The notes beneath the pieces are model-generated. The model saw only the letters and a program-made list of their open reading frames with translations. It did no database searches and was not told the origin of the DNA. The position numbers and the translations under genes are program-made. Of a DNA stretch of 64,000 bases, positions 7,979 to 18,126 are shown piece by piece. How positions within the stretch are numbered: the stretch's first letter is position 1; every line of letters starts with the position of its first letter. The DNA is from Myxococcota bacterium (GTDB taxonomy: Bacteria > Myxococcota_A > UBA9160 > SZUA-336): NCBI GenBank assembly GCA_965247115.1, contig CBDFGR010000003.1, forward strand, positions 1,856,001 to 1,920,000. Direction: 5' to 3'.

Positions 7979-9304
7979 ATGGGCCTGTCCATGACTTCGA
8001 GCGCGGTCCTTGTCCTGTGGGCCTCTCTGTCTGGCGCTGGCAACCCTGCCGTCTGGGAGCCGGCGGTCAGCCTCGAAGACAGGTACCGGGCCGATGTGCT
8101 CGAGCCCGTCCGCCTGGATCAGGGCCCGGAAGACGTCCAGATTCTGCGAGAACCCGGGACGGCTAAATGGCCGGCCGGAACTCACGCCCTCCTGGAGCAG
8201 CGCATCCGCAGCGGCTGGGACCCGAATCAGCTCTACGGTCCCGTGTATTCCTCGGTCGGACTCTGGCTGCGGTACCCGCTGGTGACGGCGCGGATCGGTG
8301 GCCGGGTCCTCATCCCCGTCCTGGACCACGGGGCGCTCGGCGTTCGCGGGATCCTGGAGCCCCCCGGAAGCGGGCGCGGTCGCCGCGTGGTGATTCTCGT
8401 CGACACCTCGGAGAGCGCGAACGCCGCGGTTCCCCTGGCGGTCGGCTCAGTTGCGGGGCCGCTGTCGCTGCTCGAAGCGCAGCGCCGCGCGCTGGCCAAC
8501 CTGGTGTCGGGCGTTGCTGGACAGGACACCGAGTTCGGGATCATTGCGTTCGGCGAGGGAACCTGGACGGTTGTCGATCTCGGCGCACCGGAGGAGGAGA
8601 GGCGGCGGGGTCTGGCGCGCTTCGAGCAGGAGCATCCGAGAGGCGAGGGCCGCAGCGACGCCGTGTGTGCATTGTGGACTGCCGCCGACTGGTTGCGTCA
8701 GTCCCCGGACGGCGTGGACCGCGAGATCGTGCTCCTGACAGGTACGGACCTGCCCCACTCCGGGCGCTTCCTGCGCTGCTCGGACTCGCTCTGCGAGTCC
8801 GCCAAACGGACCTGCGATGCTGCACGAAACAGGACAGCCTGCCCGGCCAGTCACGAGTTCAGTCGGCTCGACGGTATCTCGGACATCACGCAGCTCGCGA
8901 GCTTCGGACGCGAGGTCCGGGGTGAGCTCGTCGTGACGCCCGTGATCTTCGGAGGCGATCGCAACCAGCGGCTCTACACCGAGGTGGCGCGCCGCACGGG
9001 CGGCCGTCTCGTACGTGTACCTTCCGCCCGTGGGCTCGAGGAGCTGCTCCCTGCCCTGGTCACGCGCAGCATCAGCGGCGTCTTCGCAACCAACCGGCAG
9101 AGCGGTATCCGGTCCGACGATCTGCTTGGCCCCGACGGCCGGCTCCTAGAGGGCCAGATCCCCCTGGTTCCCGGCGGTAACGACATCGAGCTCCGGATCG
9201 CCACCAACGGCGGCACCGCCGCGCTGTTCCGCTTCCACGTCTACTCCACCCCCGGACCCCACCCCCTAACCCCAATCGGCTCCGCATCCCCCCTCTCCCC
9301 CTAG
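7979..9304 (+). CDS. Putative exported vWA-domain protein
   Basis: RRVVILVDTSES MIDAS-like motif, FGIIAFG, REIVLLT; Cys-rich insert; start uncertain (7979 or 7991). Confidence 0.65.
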   Translation: MGLSMTSSAVLVLWASLSGAGNPAVWEPAVSLEDRYRADVLEPVRLDQGPEDVQILREPGTAKWPAGTHALLEQRIRSGWDPNQLYGPVYSSVGLWLRYPLVTARIGGRVLIPVLDHGALGVRGILEPPGSGRGRRVVILVDTSESANAAVPLAVGSVAGPLSLLEAQRRALANLVSGVAGQDTEFGIIAFGEGTWTVVDLGAPEEERRRGLARFEQEHPRGEGRSDAVCALWTAADWLRQSPDGVDREIVLLTGTDLPHSGRFLRCSDSLCESAKRTCDAARNRTACPASHEFSRLDGISDITQLASFGREVRGELVVTPVIFGGDRNQRLYTEVARRTGGRLVRVPSARGLEELLPALVTRSISGVFATNRQSGIRSDDLLGPDGRLLEGQIPLVPGGNDIELRIATNGGTAALFRFHVYSTPGPHPLTPIGSASPLSP

Positions 9305-9342
9305 CCCCTCCCCCAGCTCAAAGCCCCCCAAAAAGAAGTCAA

Positions 9343-9537
9343 GATTAAGGACCGTCCCCAAGTTCAGATTCCCATCGCCAAGTTCAGATTCCGCCCAGTC
9401 CAGATTCCGTACAGAACCGGCAACTCCTACGAGGCTTGGCACCCATGCAAGCGGCGCGAAGCGGCGCGCGCAGCGAAGGCCGCAGGCCTGAGCGGAGGTG
9501 GGTAGCGCGCGACCGCTCGCGCGCTGGGTCCCACAAG
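9343..9537 (+). repeat. REP/MITE-like element, copy B
   Basis: AAGGACCGTCCCCAAGTT...CTACGAGGCTTGGCACCCATGCAAG...GGGTCCCACAAG. Confidence 0.85.
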
Positions 9538-9552
9538 GACTAAGATCCCCTC

Positions 9553-10509
9553 GTGGCACCGAAGGTCTACATCGACGGTCACGTCGGTACGACAGGGCTC
9601 CGGATCCGGGAGTGGCTCGTCGGTCGGGAGGACCTCGAGCTCCTGACGCTCGAGGAGGTACACCGCAAGGTCCCCGAGCGGCGGCGCGAGATGTTGAAGC
9701 GGGCGGACCTCGTGGTCCTGTGCCTCCCGGACGCTGCGGCTCGCGAGACCGTGTCCTGGCTCGAAGGGTCCCAGACTCGGATCATCGACGCGAGCACAGC
9801 CCATCGCACGGCCGCGGGCTGGGTGTACGGCCTGCCGGAGCTCGAGCCCGCGCAGCGCAATGCCATCGCCGGCGCGCGGCGCGTCTCGAATCCCGGCTGC
9901 TATCCAACGGCCGTGATCCTGGCGATCCGGCCGCTCCTCGAGGCTGGCCTGGTGGCTTCGGACCTGCCGCTTCAGGTGCACGCTCTCTCGGGCTATTCGG
10001 GCGGGGGCAGGGCCATGATCGAGCGCTGGGAAGACTCCAGCACGGAGCTCTCGACCCTCCCCTATGAAGCGCCCTACGCGCTCGACGCCATGCACAAGCA
10101 CATCCCGGAGATGCAGCACCACGCAAGGCTGACTCGGGAGCCGCAGTTCGTTCCGGCCGTGGGACCGTTTCGCTGTGGAATGCGCGTGCAGCTTCCATTG
10201 CACCGCCACCTCCTGTCGGCGGGCGCGACGGGCAAGACGCTCTGGGACGCCTTGAACGAGCGCTATCGCGACGAGCCCTTCGTGCGCGTCCAGCCGATCG
10301 CCGAGCCGCTCGACTCGGACGAGGGGAGCTTCGATCCCCGAGCCTGCAACGACACGAATCGCCTCGACCTACGTGTGCTGCCGCATCCCTCCGGTCACGT
10401 GCTGCTGCTGGCTACGCTCGACAACCTGGGAAAGGGCGCCGCAGGCGCCGCCATCCAGAACCTGAACCTCATGTTGGGACTCGCCGAGACGGAGGGTCTG
10501 CAGGCCTAG
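9553..10509 (+). CDS. argC: N-acetyl-gamma-glutamyl-phosphate reductase (type 2)
   Basis: KVYIDGHVGTTGL, IDASTAHR, NPGCYPT, SGYSGGG, DNLGKGA. Confidence 0.93.
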   Translation: MAPKVYIDGHVGTTGLRIREWLVGREDLELLTLEEVHRKVPERRREMLKRADLVVLCLPDAAARETVSWLEGSQTRIIDASTAHRTAAGWVYGLPELEPAQRNAIAGARRVSNPGCYPTAVILAIRPLLEAGLVASDLPLQVHALSGYSGGGRAMIERWEDSSTELSTLPYEAPYALDAMHKHIPEMQHHARLTREPQFVPAVGPFRCGMRVQLPLHRHLLSAGATGKTLWDALNERYRDEPFVRVQPIAEPLDSDEGSFDPRACNDTNRLDLRVLPHPSGHVLLLATLDNLGKGAAGAAIQNLNLMLGLAETEGLQA

Positions 10510-10522
10510 GCTTGGGAGGCCG

Positions 10523-13500
10523 ATGACAGCAGCGCGCACAGATCTCTGTCCTCCTGTCAGGGCCTGGTTCGACGGCCGCTTCCGCGAGGCGACCGCGCCG
10601 CAAAAGCAGGGCTGGCCGCCCATCGCGCGCGGCGAGGACACGCTCATCGCTGCTCCGACCGGATCCGGCAAGACGCTGGCCGCGTTCCTGATGATCCTCG
10701 ACCGGCTATTTCGCCGCGCCATCGAAGGCGAGCTCGGGGATCACCTGGAGGCCGTGTACATCTCCCCGCTCCGGGCGCTCTCTCACGACATCCAGCGCAA
10801 CCTCGAGACCCCACTGCAGGAGATTCACGCCGAGGCGGAGCGGATGGGCTACCGGCTGCCCCTCATTCGCGCGGCGGTCCGCACGGGCGATACGCCGCAG
10901 TCCGAGCGGCAGGCGATGTTGCGGCGCCCCCCGCACATCCTGGTGACGACCCCCGAGTCGCTGTACCTGATGCTGACCGCGGAGCGTAGCCGCGAGATCC
11001 TGAAGTCCACCCGCACGGTGATCGTCGACGAAATCCACGCGCTGGCACGCGACAAGCGCGGCTCGCACCTCGCGCTGTCGCTGGAACGCCTCCAGACTCT
11101 CGCCGAGACGCGCCCCGCTCGCGTGGGCCTGTCGGCGACGCAGCGTCCCATGGATCTGATCGCGCGCTTCCTGGTGGGCAGCGAGCGCGGCGCTGACGAT
11201 CGTCCGCCCGGCTGCACGGTGATCGACCTGGGACACCAGCGGGACATCGATCTGGCGATCGAGGTGCCGCCAAGCGAGGATCTGCAGGGGGTCGCCTCGA
11301 AGGAGCAGTGGGATGATCTGCTCGACGTCATCTCGGGCCATATCGGCGAGCACCGCACGACACTGATCTTCACGAACACGCGGCGCCTCGCCGAGCGTCT
11401 CGCGCACCGCCTGGGCGAGAAGGTGGGTGCAGAGAATGTCGCAGCCCACCACGGCAGCCTGGCGCGGGAACGACGCCTGAAGGTGGAGCAGCGCCTCAAG
11501 GACGGCGACCTGCGCGCGCTGGTTGCCACAGCCTCGCTGGAGCTGGGCATCGACATCGGCAGCGTGGAGCTCGTGTGCCAGATCGGCTCGCCGCGCAGCA
11601 TTGCCACCCTGCTGCAGCGCATCGGCCGTTCCGGGCACGCCCTGGGACTGCGGCCCATGGGTCGGCTGTTTCCGACCACGCGCGACGAGATGGTGGAGTG
11701 CGCCGCACTCGTGCGCGCAGCGAAGTCCGGGCGCCTCGACCGGATCCATCCGTCGGAAGCCCCCCTGGACATCCTGGCGCAGCAGATCGTAGCCGCGTGC
11801 GCTTGCGAGGAGTGGGAAGAGGACAAGCTCTTCGAGCTCGTGCGCGGCGCCTATCCGTATCGGTCGCTCCAGCGGGCGGACTTCGAGGCCGTGCTCGACA
11901 TGCTCTCTCGAGGCTTCGAGACGCCAAAGGGTCGCCGCGCCGCGTACGTACATCGGGATCGCTTGCAGCGTCGACTGCGGGGCCGACGCGGCGCGCGCAT
12001 GGCCGCGATCATGTCGGGCGGCGCGATCCCTGAGACCGGAGACTATCGCGTCGTGCTCGATCCCGAAGAGACGACGATCGGTACGGTGAACGAGGACTGG
12101 GCGATCGAGAGCATGGCCGGCGACGTGTTCTTGCTGGGGACGCACAGCTGGAGGATTCGCCGGGTCGAGTCCGCTGTGGTGCGCGTCGTCGACGCCCAGG
12201 GGGCGCCGCCCACGATTCCATTCTGGCTCGGTGAGGCACCAGCGCGCACGGAGGAGCTCTCGCAGGAGGTCTCGGTGCTCCGCGAAGAGGTGGCGCTGCG
12301 GATCCAGGACGACTTCGAGGCGGCCGTCGCATGGCTCCAGGCGGAGTGCGCGCTGCCGCGCGAGGGTGCCCTTCAGATTGCCCACTACGTGCGCGTTCAG
12401 GTGGACTCGGTGGGCCGCGTACCCACCTGCGAGGATCTGGTCGCTGAGCGTTTCTTCGACGAGGCGGGCGGGATGCAGCTCGTCATCCACAGCCCCTGGG
12501 GCGCGCGGATCAATCGCGGCTTTGGTCTGGCACTGCGAAAACGCTTCTGCGCCTCGTTCAACATGGAGCTGCAAGCAGCCGCGACTGACGATGCCCTGGT
12601 GCTCTCGCTCGGGAATCCCCAGACCTTCCCGCTCGAGTCGGTCGCTCGCTTCCTGTCGCCGAAGACGGTGGACGAGGTGCTGGGCCAGGCGCTGCTCGCC
12701 TCGCCGTTGTTCGCCGCGCGCTGGCGCTGGAACGCCACTCGCTCTCTGGCCGTTCCGCGTGCGCGCTCGCGCGGACGCGTGCCGTTCCCGGTCCAACGCA
12801 TGCAGGCGGATGATCTGCTCGGCTGCGTCTTTCCGGAGCAGGTGGCGTGTCAGGAGAACGTCGAGTACCCGATCGCGATCCCCGACCATCCGCTTGTCAA
12901 GCAGACGATGCACGACTGCAAGACCGAAGCTTCGGACATCGAGGGCCTGATCCGGTTGCTCGAACGCGTCGAGTCCCAGGAGGTACGCATTCACTGCATC
13001 GACACCGTGGAGCCCTCTCCCTTTACTCACGAGATTCTGAACGCGCGCCCCTACGCTTTCCTCGACGACGCGCCGCTCGAGGAACGCCGCACACGTGCAG
13101 TTGCCCTGCGACACATGCTCCCCGACCAGGCGCAGAACCTTGCGCGCCTGGATGCCGATGCCATCAAACGCGTGCGCACCGAGGCGACTCCCGACGTGCG
13201 CAATGCAGACGAGCTCCTGGATCTGCTTGACGACCTCGTGGTGACGCGGGACGAGGACCTGCCCGTCGCTTCGGACCTGGTGCAAGAGCTCGTGCAGGCG
13301 GCCCGCGCCGCTCGGATTTGGGGAGGGACTGCTGGTCGGCTCTTCGCCGTGGAGCGTATCGGCCTGGCATCGGCTCTGTTCCCTGAAGCGCTGGTGGAGC
13401 CGGCGGTCCAGCTCCCTACACACCTCGGCGTCGAGACCGTCGAACCCGAGACGGCGCTCGATGCCGCCGTGCGCGGACACCTGTCGCTGCTCGGCCCGAC

Positions 13501-14785
13501 GGATTCCCAGGCGCTCGCGCAGCGCATCGGTGTGCCCGCGGGCTCCGTCGAGGCGGCGCTCGCCCGGCTCGAGGGGGCGGGCGTGGCCGTGCGCGGACGC
13601 TTCGAGCCAGATGCACAGGTCGAGCAGTTCTGCGACCGGGGCCTGCTGGCACGGATCCACCGCTACACGCTCGCGCGGCTGCGCAAGGAGATTGAGCCGG
13701 TCAGTGCCGGCGATTACCTGAGCTTCCTGTTGCGCTGGCAGCACGTACACCCGCGGGAGCGCCTCTACGGCGAGGGAGGTCTCCTGAAGGCGATCGAGCA
13801 GCTCTCGGGCTTCGAGGCCGCGCTGGCCGCCTGGGAGTCCGGAGTTCTCTCTGCGCGTGTGGAGGGCTACAAGTCGGAGCTCCTCGACTCGCTCTGCATG
13901 AGCGGCTCCGTCGCGTGGGGCCGGCTCAGCTCGCGTCCGCTCGAAGCCGGAGCGCAGCCTTCTCGAGCCACGCCGATTGCGCTCTTTGTTCGAGACGAGA
14001 TGGAGTCCCTCCTGCACGCCGTCGGCGAACGCACGGGCGCCGGGTTGCGCGGTCCGGGCGAGAGGATCATGGAGCTCCTGCACGAGCGCGGCGCGCTCTT
14101 TGCCCGCGAGCTCGGGCCGACGACTGGTCTATTGCCAGTCCAGGTCGAGGAGGGCCTGAAGGAGCTGGTGGCGCAGGGACTCGTGACCTGTGACGGCTTC
14201 GCCCCGTTGCGTCGCCTGCTCGGCGGCCGCCAGCAGGCCTCGCGGCGCCGGCGCGGTCCGGGCCGGGTTCTGGCGGGAAGCATGCCCGGTCCCGAGGGCC
14301 GCTGGGGACTGCTGCGCTCTCTCGGAGAACCTCCAGAGTCAGAGGAGCGGGCTGAGCGCAGCGCCTGGAGGCTGCTACGGCGGTACGGCGTGGTATTTCG
14401 GGATCTCCTCGGGCGTGAGTGGGTGCCCGAAGGCTGGCGTGAGGTCCACCGTGCCTTGCGCACGCTGGAGGCCCGCGGACTCGTGCGGGGCGGCCGCTTC
14501 GTCTCGGGCTTCACCGGGGAGCAGTTTGCTCTCCCCGAGGCGGTGCCGCTCCTGCGCAAGGAGCGCAACCGATCGCGCGACGGGGAGGAGATCCGCGTCT
14601 CCGCCGCAGATCCACTGAATCTTGCCGGCATTCTCACCCCCGGGCACCGCGTCCCGGCGGGCCACGCCCGCTGGCTCATCTTCCGTGACGGCCTCCCCGT
14701 CTCGACCATCGAGCGAGGCCATCGCGCGGAGCTCACTGAGTCTCGTGGGACCCGGCGCGCGAGCGGTCCACCCGCGGGCCGCTGA
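10523..14785 (+). CDS. lhr: Lhr-family DEAH-box helicase (long form)
   Basis: APTGSGKT, TTPESL, DEIH, SAT, HHGSL, SLELGID, QRIGRSGH; C-terminal GGRFVSGFTGEQFA. Confidence 0.92.
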   Translation: MTAARTDLCPPVRAWFDGRFREATAPQKQGWPPIARGEDTLIAAPTGSGKTLAAFLMILDRLFRRAIEGELGDHLEAVYISPLRALSHDIQRNLETPLQEIHAEAERMGYRLPLIRAAVRTGDTPQSERQAMLRRPPHILVTTPESLYLMLTAERSREILKSTRTVIVDEIHALARDKRGSHLALSLERLQTLAETRPARVGLSATQRPMDLIARFLVGSERGADDRPPGCTVIDLGHQRDIDLAIEVPPSEDLQGVASKEQWDDLLDVISGHIGEHRTTLIFTNTRRLAERLAHRLGEKVGAENVAAHHGSLARERRLKVEQRLKDGDLRALVATASLELGIDIGSVELVCQIGSPRSIATLLQRIGRSGHALGLRPMGRLFPTTRDEMVECAALVRAAKSGRLDRIHPSEAPLDILAQQIVAACACEEWEEDKLFELVRGAYPYRSLQRADFEAVLDMLSRGFETPKGRRAAYVHRDRLQRRLRGRRGARMAAIMSGGAIPETGDYRVVLDPEETTIGTVNEDWAIESMAGDVFLLGTHSWRIRRVESAVVRVVDAQGAPPTIPFWLGEAPARTEELSQEVSVLREEVALRIQDDFEAAVAWLQAECALPREGALQIAHYVRVQVDSVGRVPTCEDLVAERFFDEAGGMQLVIHSPWGARINRGFGLALRKRFCASFNMELQAAATDDALVLSLGNPQTFPLESVARFLSPKTVDEVLGQALLASPLFAARWRWNATRSLAVPRARSRGRVPFPVQRMQADDLLGCVFPEQVACQENVEYPIAIPDHPLVKQTMHDCKTEASDIEGLIRLLERVESQEVRIHCIDTVEPSPFTHEILNARPYAFLDDAPLEERRTRAVALRHMLPDQAQNLARLDADAIKRVRTEATPDVRNADELLDLLDDLVVTRDEDLPVASDLVQELVQAARAARIWGGTAGRLFAVERIGLASALFPEALVEPAVQLPTHLGVETVEPETALDAAVRGHLSLLGPTDSQALAQRIGVPAGSVEAALARLEGAGVAVRGRFEPDAQVEQFCDRGLLARIHRYTLARLRKEIEPVSAGDYLSFLLRWQHVHPRERLYGEGGLLKAIEQLSGFEAALAAWESGVLSARVEGYKSELLDSLCMSGSVAWGRLSSRPLEAGAQPSRATPIALFVRDEMESLLHAVGERTGAGLRGPGERIMELLHERGALFARELGPTTGLLPVQVEEGLKELVAQGLVTCDGFAPLRRLLGGRQQASRRRRGPGRVLAGSMPGPEGRWGLLRSLGEPPESEERAERSAWRLLRRYGVVFRDLLGREWVPEGWREVHRALRTLEARGLVRGGRFVSGFTGEQFALPEAVPLLRKERNRSRDGEEIRVSAADPLNLAGILTPGHRVPAGHARWLIFRDGLPVSTIERGHRAELTESRGTRRASGPPAGR

Positions 14786-15254
14786 CGGCCACCCACCTCC
14801 GCTCAGGCCCAGGGCCTTCGCTGCGCGCGCTTGCCTTGTGGGACCCGGCCGCGGGCGTCCGCGGCCACCCACCTTCGCTCGGGCCCAGGGCCTTCGCTGC
14901 GCGCGCTTGCCTTGTGGGACCCGGCCGCGGGCGTCCGCGGCCACCCACCTTCGCTCGGGCCCAGGGCCTTCGCTGCGCGCGCTTGCCTTGTGGGACCCGG
15001 CCGCGGGCGTCCGCGGCCACCCACCTTCGCTCAGGCCGAGGGCCTTCGCTGCGCGCGCTTGCCTTGTGGGACCCGGCCGCGGGCGTCCGCGGCCACCCAC
15101 CTTCGCTCAGGCCCAGGGCCTTCGCTGTGTGCGCTTGCCTTGTGGGACCCGGCCGCGGGCGTCCGCGGCCACCCACCTTCGCTCAGGCCGAGGGCCTTCG
15201 CTGCGCGCGCCGCTCCCGCGGCGCTTGCATGGCCACGGCGCTTGCATGGGCGCC
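14744..15254 (-). repeat. Tandem array of the REP-like element: five 76-bp units (14831-15210), a degenerate lead unit and a terminal segment
   Basis: Units start at 14831, 14907, 14983, 15059 and 15135; near-identical; no spacers. Confidence 0.95.
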
Positions 15255-15387
15255 CTGACTCCCTTGGACCGCGCAATCTCCGGGTGCCGTTTGCTCGCAA
15301 GCGTGACCGTCAGCGGACCTGGACGCCGAGACGATTGATACGCCCGGCAAGCGCCTCGGAGTGGCGCCTCCTACAGCGAGACCTTGC

Positions 15388-16344
15388 TCAGGGCCAGAGG
15401 TAGTAGAAGCCTGGTGCGAGCCTTGCCTCCTCGGGGAGGAGGTTCAGGTCGACGACGTTGACGCTGGGCAGGTCCCGCCTGCTGTAGATGTTCTGGCGGT
15501 ACGCGCCGGCGGGGCGATAGATGACGACTCGCGACTCCGAGATTCCTGCGAGGCGCTCCGCCGCTGCAGCTGCGTCTTCCAGGTGGCCGATCGCGTCGAT
15601 CAGGCCCACGTCGAGGGCCTGGGAAGCCGTGTAGATCCGGCCGTCGGAGAGCTCGACGATTCTGCTGCGATCGAGCTTCGGGCGTCCTGCCTCGACGACG
15701 TCGAGAAAGCGCGCTTGCAGTTCGTCGACCACACCCTGCAGCTGCTCGGCTTCTTCCGGCGACATGTCTCTCAGGGTGGAACCGGCATCCTTGTAAGGTC
15801 CGCTCGTGAACGATTGGTCGGCGACGCCGACCCGCTCCAGCAGTCCGGAGAAGTTCAGGCCCCTCATCAGGACGCCGATCGAGCCGGTAACAGCGGCGGG
15901 CTGGGCGATGATCTCGTCCGCAGCCATGGCGATGTAATAGCCGCCGGATGTGGCGAGCCCGTTCATGTAGGCGATCACCGGGCGTTGGGTCCGGGTCTTC
16001 CAGCGCAGGAGCTCGTGGTGAATGGTCTCCGTGGCCCCGACGGTGCCTCCTGGGCTGCGGATGCGGAGCAAGAGCGCCGCGACGTCGCGATCCGCGGCAG
16101 CCAGGTCGAGAGCTTCTCGCAGTCGTGCTGCGTGGCCAGGGCCGCTCGGAAAGCCAGGAAAGCGCGAGCGTGTCGCCTCGGTGATCAAGCCCGAGACGTC
16201 GACCATGGCGAGCTTCGGCCCGTCTTCCCCGAGCACGGTTGTCTCCTGTAGGGGGCGGGCCGACCCCAAGCCGCCAACGTCAAGATTCACACAGGCCGAC
16301 AGGCCGCAAACGAAAACAAGCAGTGCGCAGAGTGCGAATTGCAT
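15388..16344 (-). CDS. sppA: Signal peptide peptidase SppA (S49), lipoprotein
   Basis: Lipobox LSAC, LRIRSPGG, ATSGGYYIA, TGSIGV, GRIYTA. Confidence 0.9.
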   Translation of the reverse strand: MQFALCALLVFVCGLSACVNLDVGGLGSARPLQETTVLGEDGPKLAMVDVSGLITEATRSRFPGFPSGPGHAARLREALDLAAADRDVAALLLRIRSPGGTVGATETIHHELLRWKTRTQRPVIAYMNGLATSGGYYIAMAADEIIAQPAAVTGSIGVLMRGLNFSGLLERVGVADQSFTSGPYKDAGSTLRDMSPEEAEQLQGVVDELQARFLDVVEAGRPKLDRSRIVELSDGRIYTASQALDVGLIDAIGHLEDAAAAAERLAGISESRVVIYRPAGAYRQNIYSRRDLPSVNVVDLNLLPEEARLAPGFYYLWP

Positions 16345-16494
16345 CCTCTCTCCCCCGCGTGATCGAGTTCGACTCTGCCCGACAGTCTACGAGATCGGCA
16401 CGGAACGTCACGCAAGTACACGAACGGCGCTCGCGCTGGGACCGCAAAACGTCACTCATGCACCCGCAGCGCCCCAAGAAAGTCACGCCTCCCC

Positions 16495-16583
16495 GCAAGC
16501 GCCGCGGAGCGGCGCGCGCAGTGAGGCGATAGCCGAACGAAGAGCGGGAGGCGCGCGACCGCTCGCGCGCAGGGCCCCGCAAG
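16495..16583 (+). repeat. Degenerate REP-like element copy
   Basis: GCAAGCGCCGCGGAGCGGCGCGCGCAG...GCGCGCGACCGCTCGCGCGC AGGGCCCCGCAAG. Confidence 0.7.
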
Positions 16584-16639
16584 ACAGGCCCCGCAAGACG
16601 GGGTTTACACCTCGAGCACCCGAAGCTACACAGGAGCGG

Positions 16640-18118
16640 GTGAGCACCCGGTACGACCGGCTCAGCGAGGCAGCGACCTTCTCTCTCGCACAGGATAGCG
16701 CTGCGACCCACACCCACGTGGGCGCGGTGCTGGTGTTCGATGCGAGTACGCTGCGCACGCTGGAGGGCGGCATCGACATCGAGCGGATTCGGGCGCACGC
16801 GGCTTCGCAACTCCATCGAGCGCCGCGCTATCGCCAGCGACTCGCGCGCGTGCCCTTTGAAAACTCGCCAGTGTGGGTCGACGATGATCATTTCAGCCTC
16901 GACCACCACGTCCGGCATACGAGCCTGCCGCGTCCGGGGGACGAGTCGCAGCTGAAGCGTCTCGCCGCGCGCATCATGTCGCAAGAGCTCGATCGCGAGA
17001 AGCCGCTCTGGGAGCTCTGGATCGTGGAGGGAGTGGACGGGGATCGCTTTGCGATCGTGTCCAAGACTCACGCCTGCGTTGTCGATGGGCCGCACGGCGT
17101 CGACCTGCTGACGCTCCTCCTTGCAGCGGAGCCGACGGAAGAGAGCGACAAGCCGCGGGAGTTCGAGCCGCGCCTCGCGCCGAGCCAGCTGCACCTGCTG
17201 CGCGACGAGATCCTGCGCCGCGTGCGCTCTCCCCTCGAGCTGGCGCGCGACGTCGGTGGTGTGCTGACGCGTCCCCAGGAGTTCGCGTCGAGCGTCGAGG
17301 CGCGAGCCAGGACCTGGGTCGATACGTTTGTAAGATTCGGGCGCGAGCCAACCGAAACGCTGCTCAACGGTCAGATCGGACCGCACCGGCAGAGCGACTG
17401 GGTCGGCATGGAGCTGGCCGACGTCCGTGCCGTGAAGCGGCGGTTGGGCTGCACGGTTCACGAGCTGGTGCTCGCCACCGCAACGGGAGCCATGCGCCGT
17501 TTCCTGGAGCGGAGGGGCGTCGGTTTGAGGTCGTTCGAGTTGACGGCATCTACACCGATCAGCGTATATTCGAGTCCGGGCACTTCGCCGGAACGCATCG
17601 CCATCCACGCCGTGCGACTCCCGGTGGGGGAGCCGGAGCCGCTCGATCAGCTGGAGCTGGTGCGCCGAGCCACGCGTGGGCTCACGCCTGCAGGCGGGGC
17701 GGTCCCGGCCGCCGATCTTGCCGGCGTCACGCGCTGGACTGGCTCGTCGCTGCTCTCGCGAGGCGCCCTTGCCCTCTACGGGGCCGACGCCTGCAACCTG
17801 GTCGTGACGAACGTCCCTGGGCCGCAGGTGCCGCTCTACTTCCTGCCCTCGAGGCTACTGGTCTGCCATCCGCAGGCGCCGCTCGCACCGAATCACGCGC
17901 TCTCGATCGCGCTGTGGAGCTATGCCGGACGCCTCACTTGGGGACTCGTCGCGGATCGCGAGCGCCTGCCTGACCTGCCGCTGCTGACGGACGAGATCGT
18001 CGCGTCCTTCTCCGAGCTCCGCGTCGCAGCGGGACTCGAGTGGAGTAGGCGCGCGCTCGGGCGGCGGTCGCGAGCGAGGCGTAGGCTCGACTCGAGCGGC
18101 GCGCGTGCGGAGCTCTGA
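16640..18118 (+). CDS. Wax ester synthase/DGAT family protein with altered catalytic motif
   Basis: HVGAVLVF, PRYRQRL, WVDDDHF, LDREKPLWE, NLVVTNVPGP; motif reads KTHACVVDG; GTG at 16640 after AGGAG. Confidence 0.85.
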   Translation: MSTRYDRLSEAATFSLAQDSAATHTHVGAVLVFDASTLRTLEGGIDIERIRAHAASQLHRAPRYRQRLARVPFENSPVWVDDDHFSLDHHVRHTSLPRPGDESQLKRLAARIMSQELDREKPLWELWIVEGVDGDRFAIVSKTHACVVDGPHGVDLLTLLLAAEPTEESDKPREFEPRLAPSQLHLLRDEILRRVRSPLELARDVGGVLTRPQEFASSVEARARTWVDTFVRFGREPTETLLNGQIGPHRQSDWVGMELADVRAVKRRLGCTVHELVLATATGAMRRFLERRGVGLRSFELTASTPISVYSSPGTSPERIAIHAVRLPVGEPEPLDQLELVRRATRGLTPAGGAVPAADLAGVTRWTGSSLLSRGALALYGADACNLVVTNVPGPQVPLYFLPSRLLVCHPQAPLAPNHALSIALWSYAGRLTWGLVADRERLPDLPLLTDEIVASFSELRVAAGLEWSRRALGRRSRARRRLDSSGARAEL

Positions 18119-18126
18119 GGGAGGCC

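Noticed and set aside
10706..14083. Long antisense ORFs (1125 aa opposite lhr; similar ones opposite coxI, trkH, MMPL and flgK)
   Set aside because: Shadow frames expected from high-GC codon bias, with no recognisable motifs.
14831..15210. CRISPR array
   Set aside because: Units are contiguous and near-identical with no unique spacers, and no cas genes are present; lhr is not cas3.
14375..15403. Repetitive ORFs across the tandem array
   Set aside because: By-products of a GC-rich 76-bp repeat open in several frames on both strands.
16022..16639. N-terminal extension of WS/DGAT in the ORF track (also 27095.., 43636.., 57503..)
   Set aside because: The extensions run through other genes or repeat copies; better starts exist downstream.
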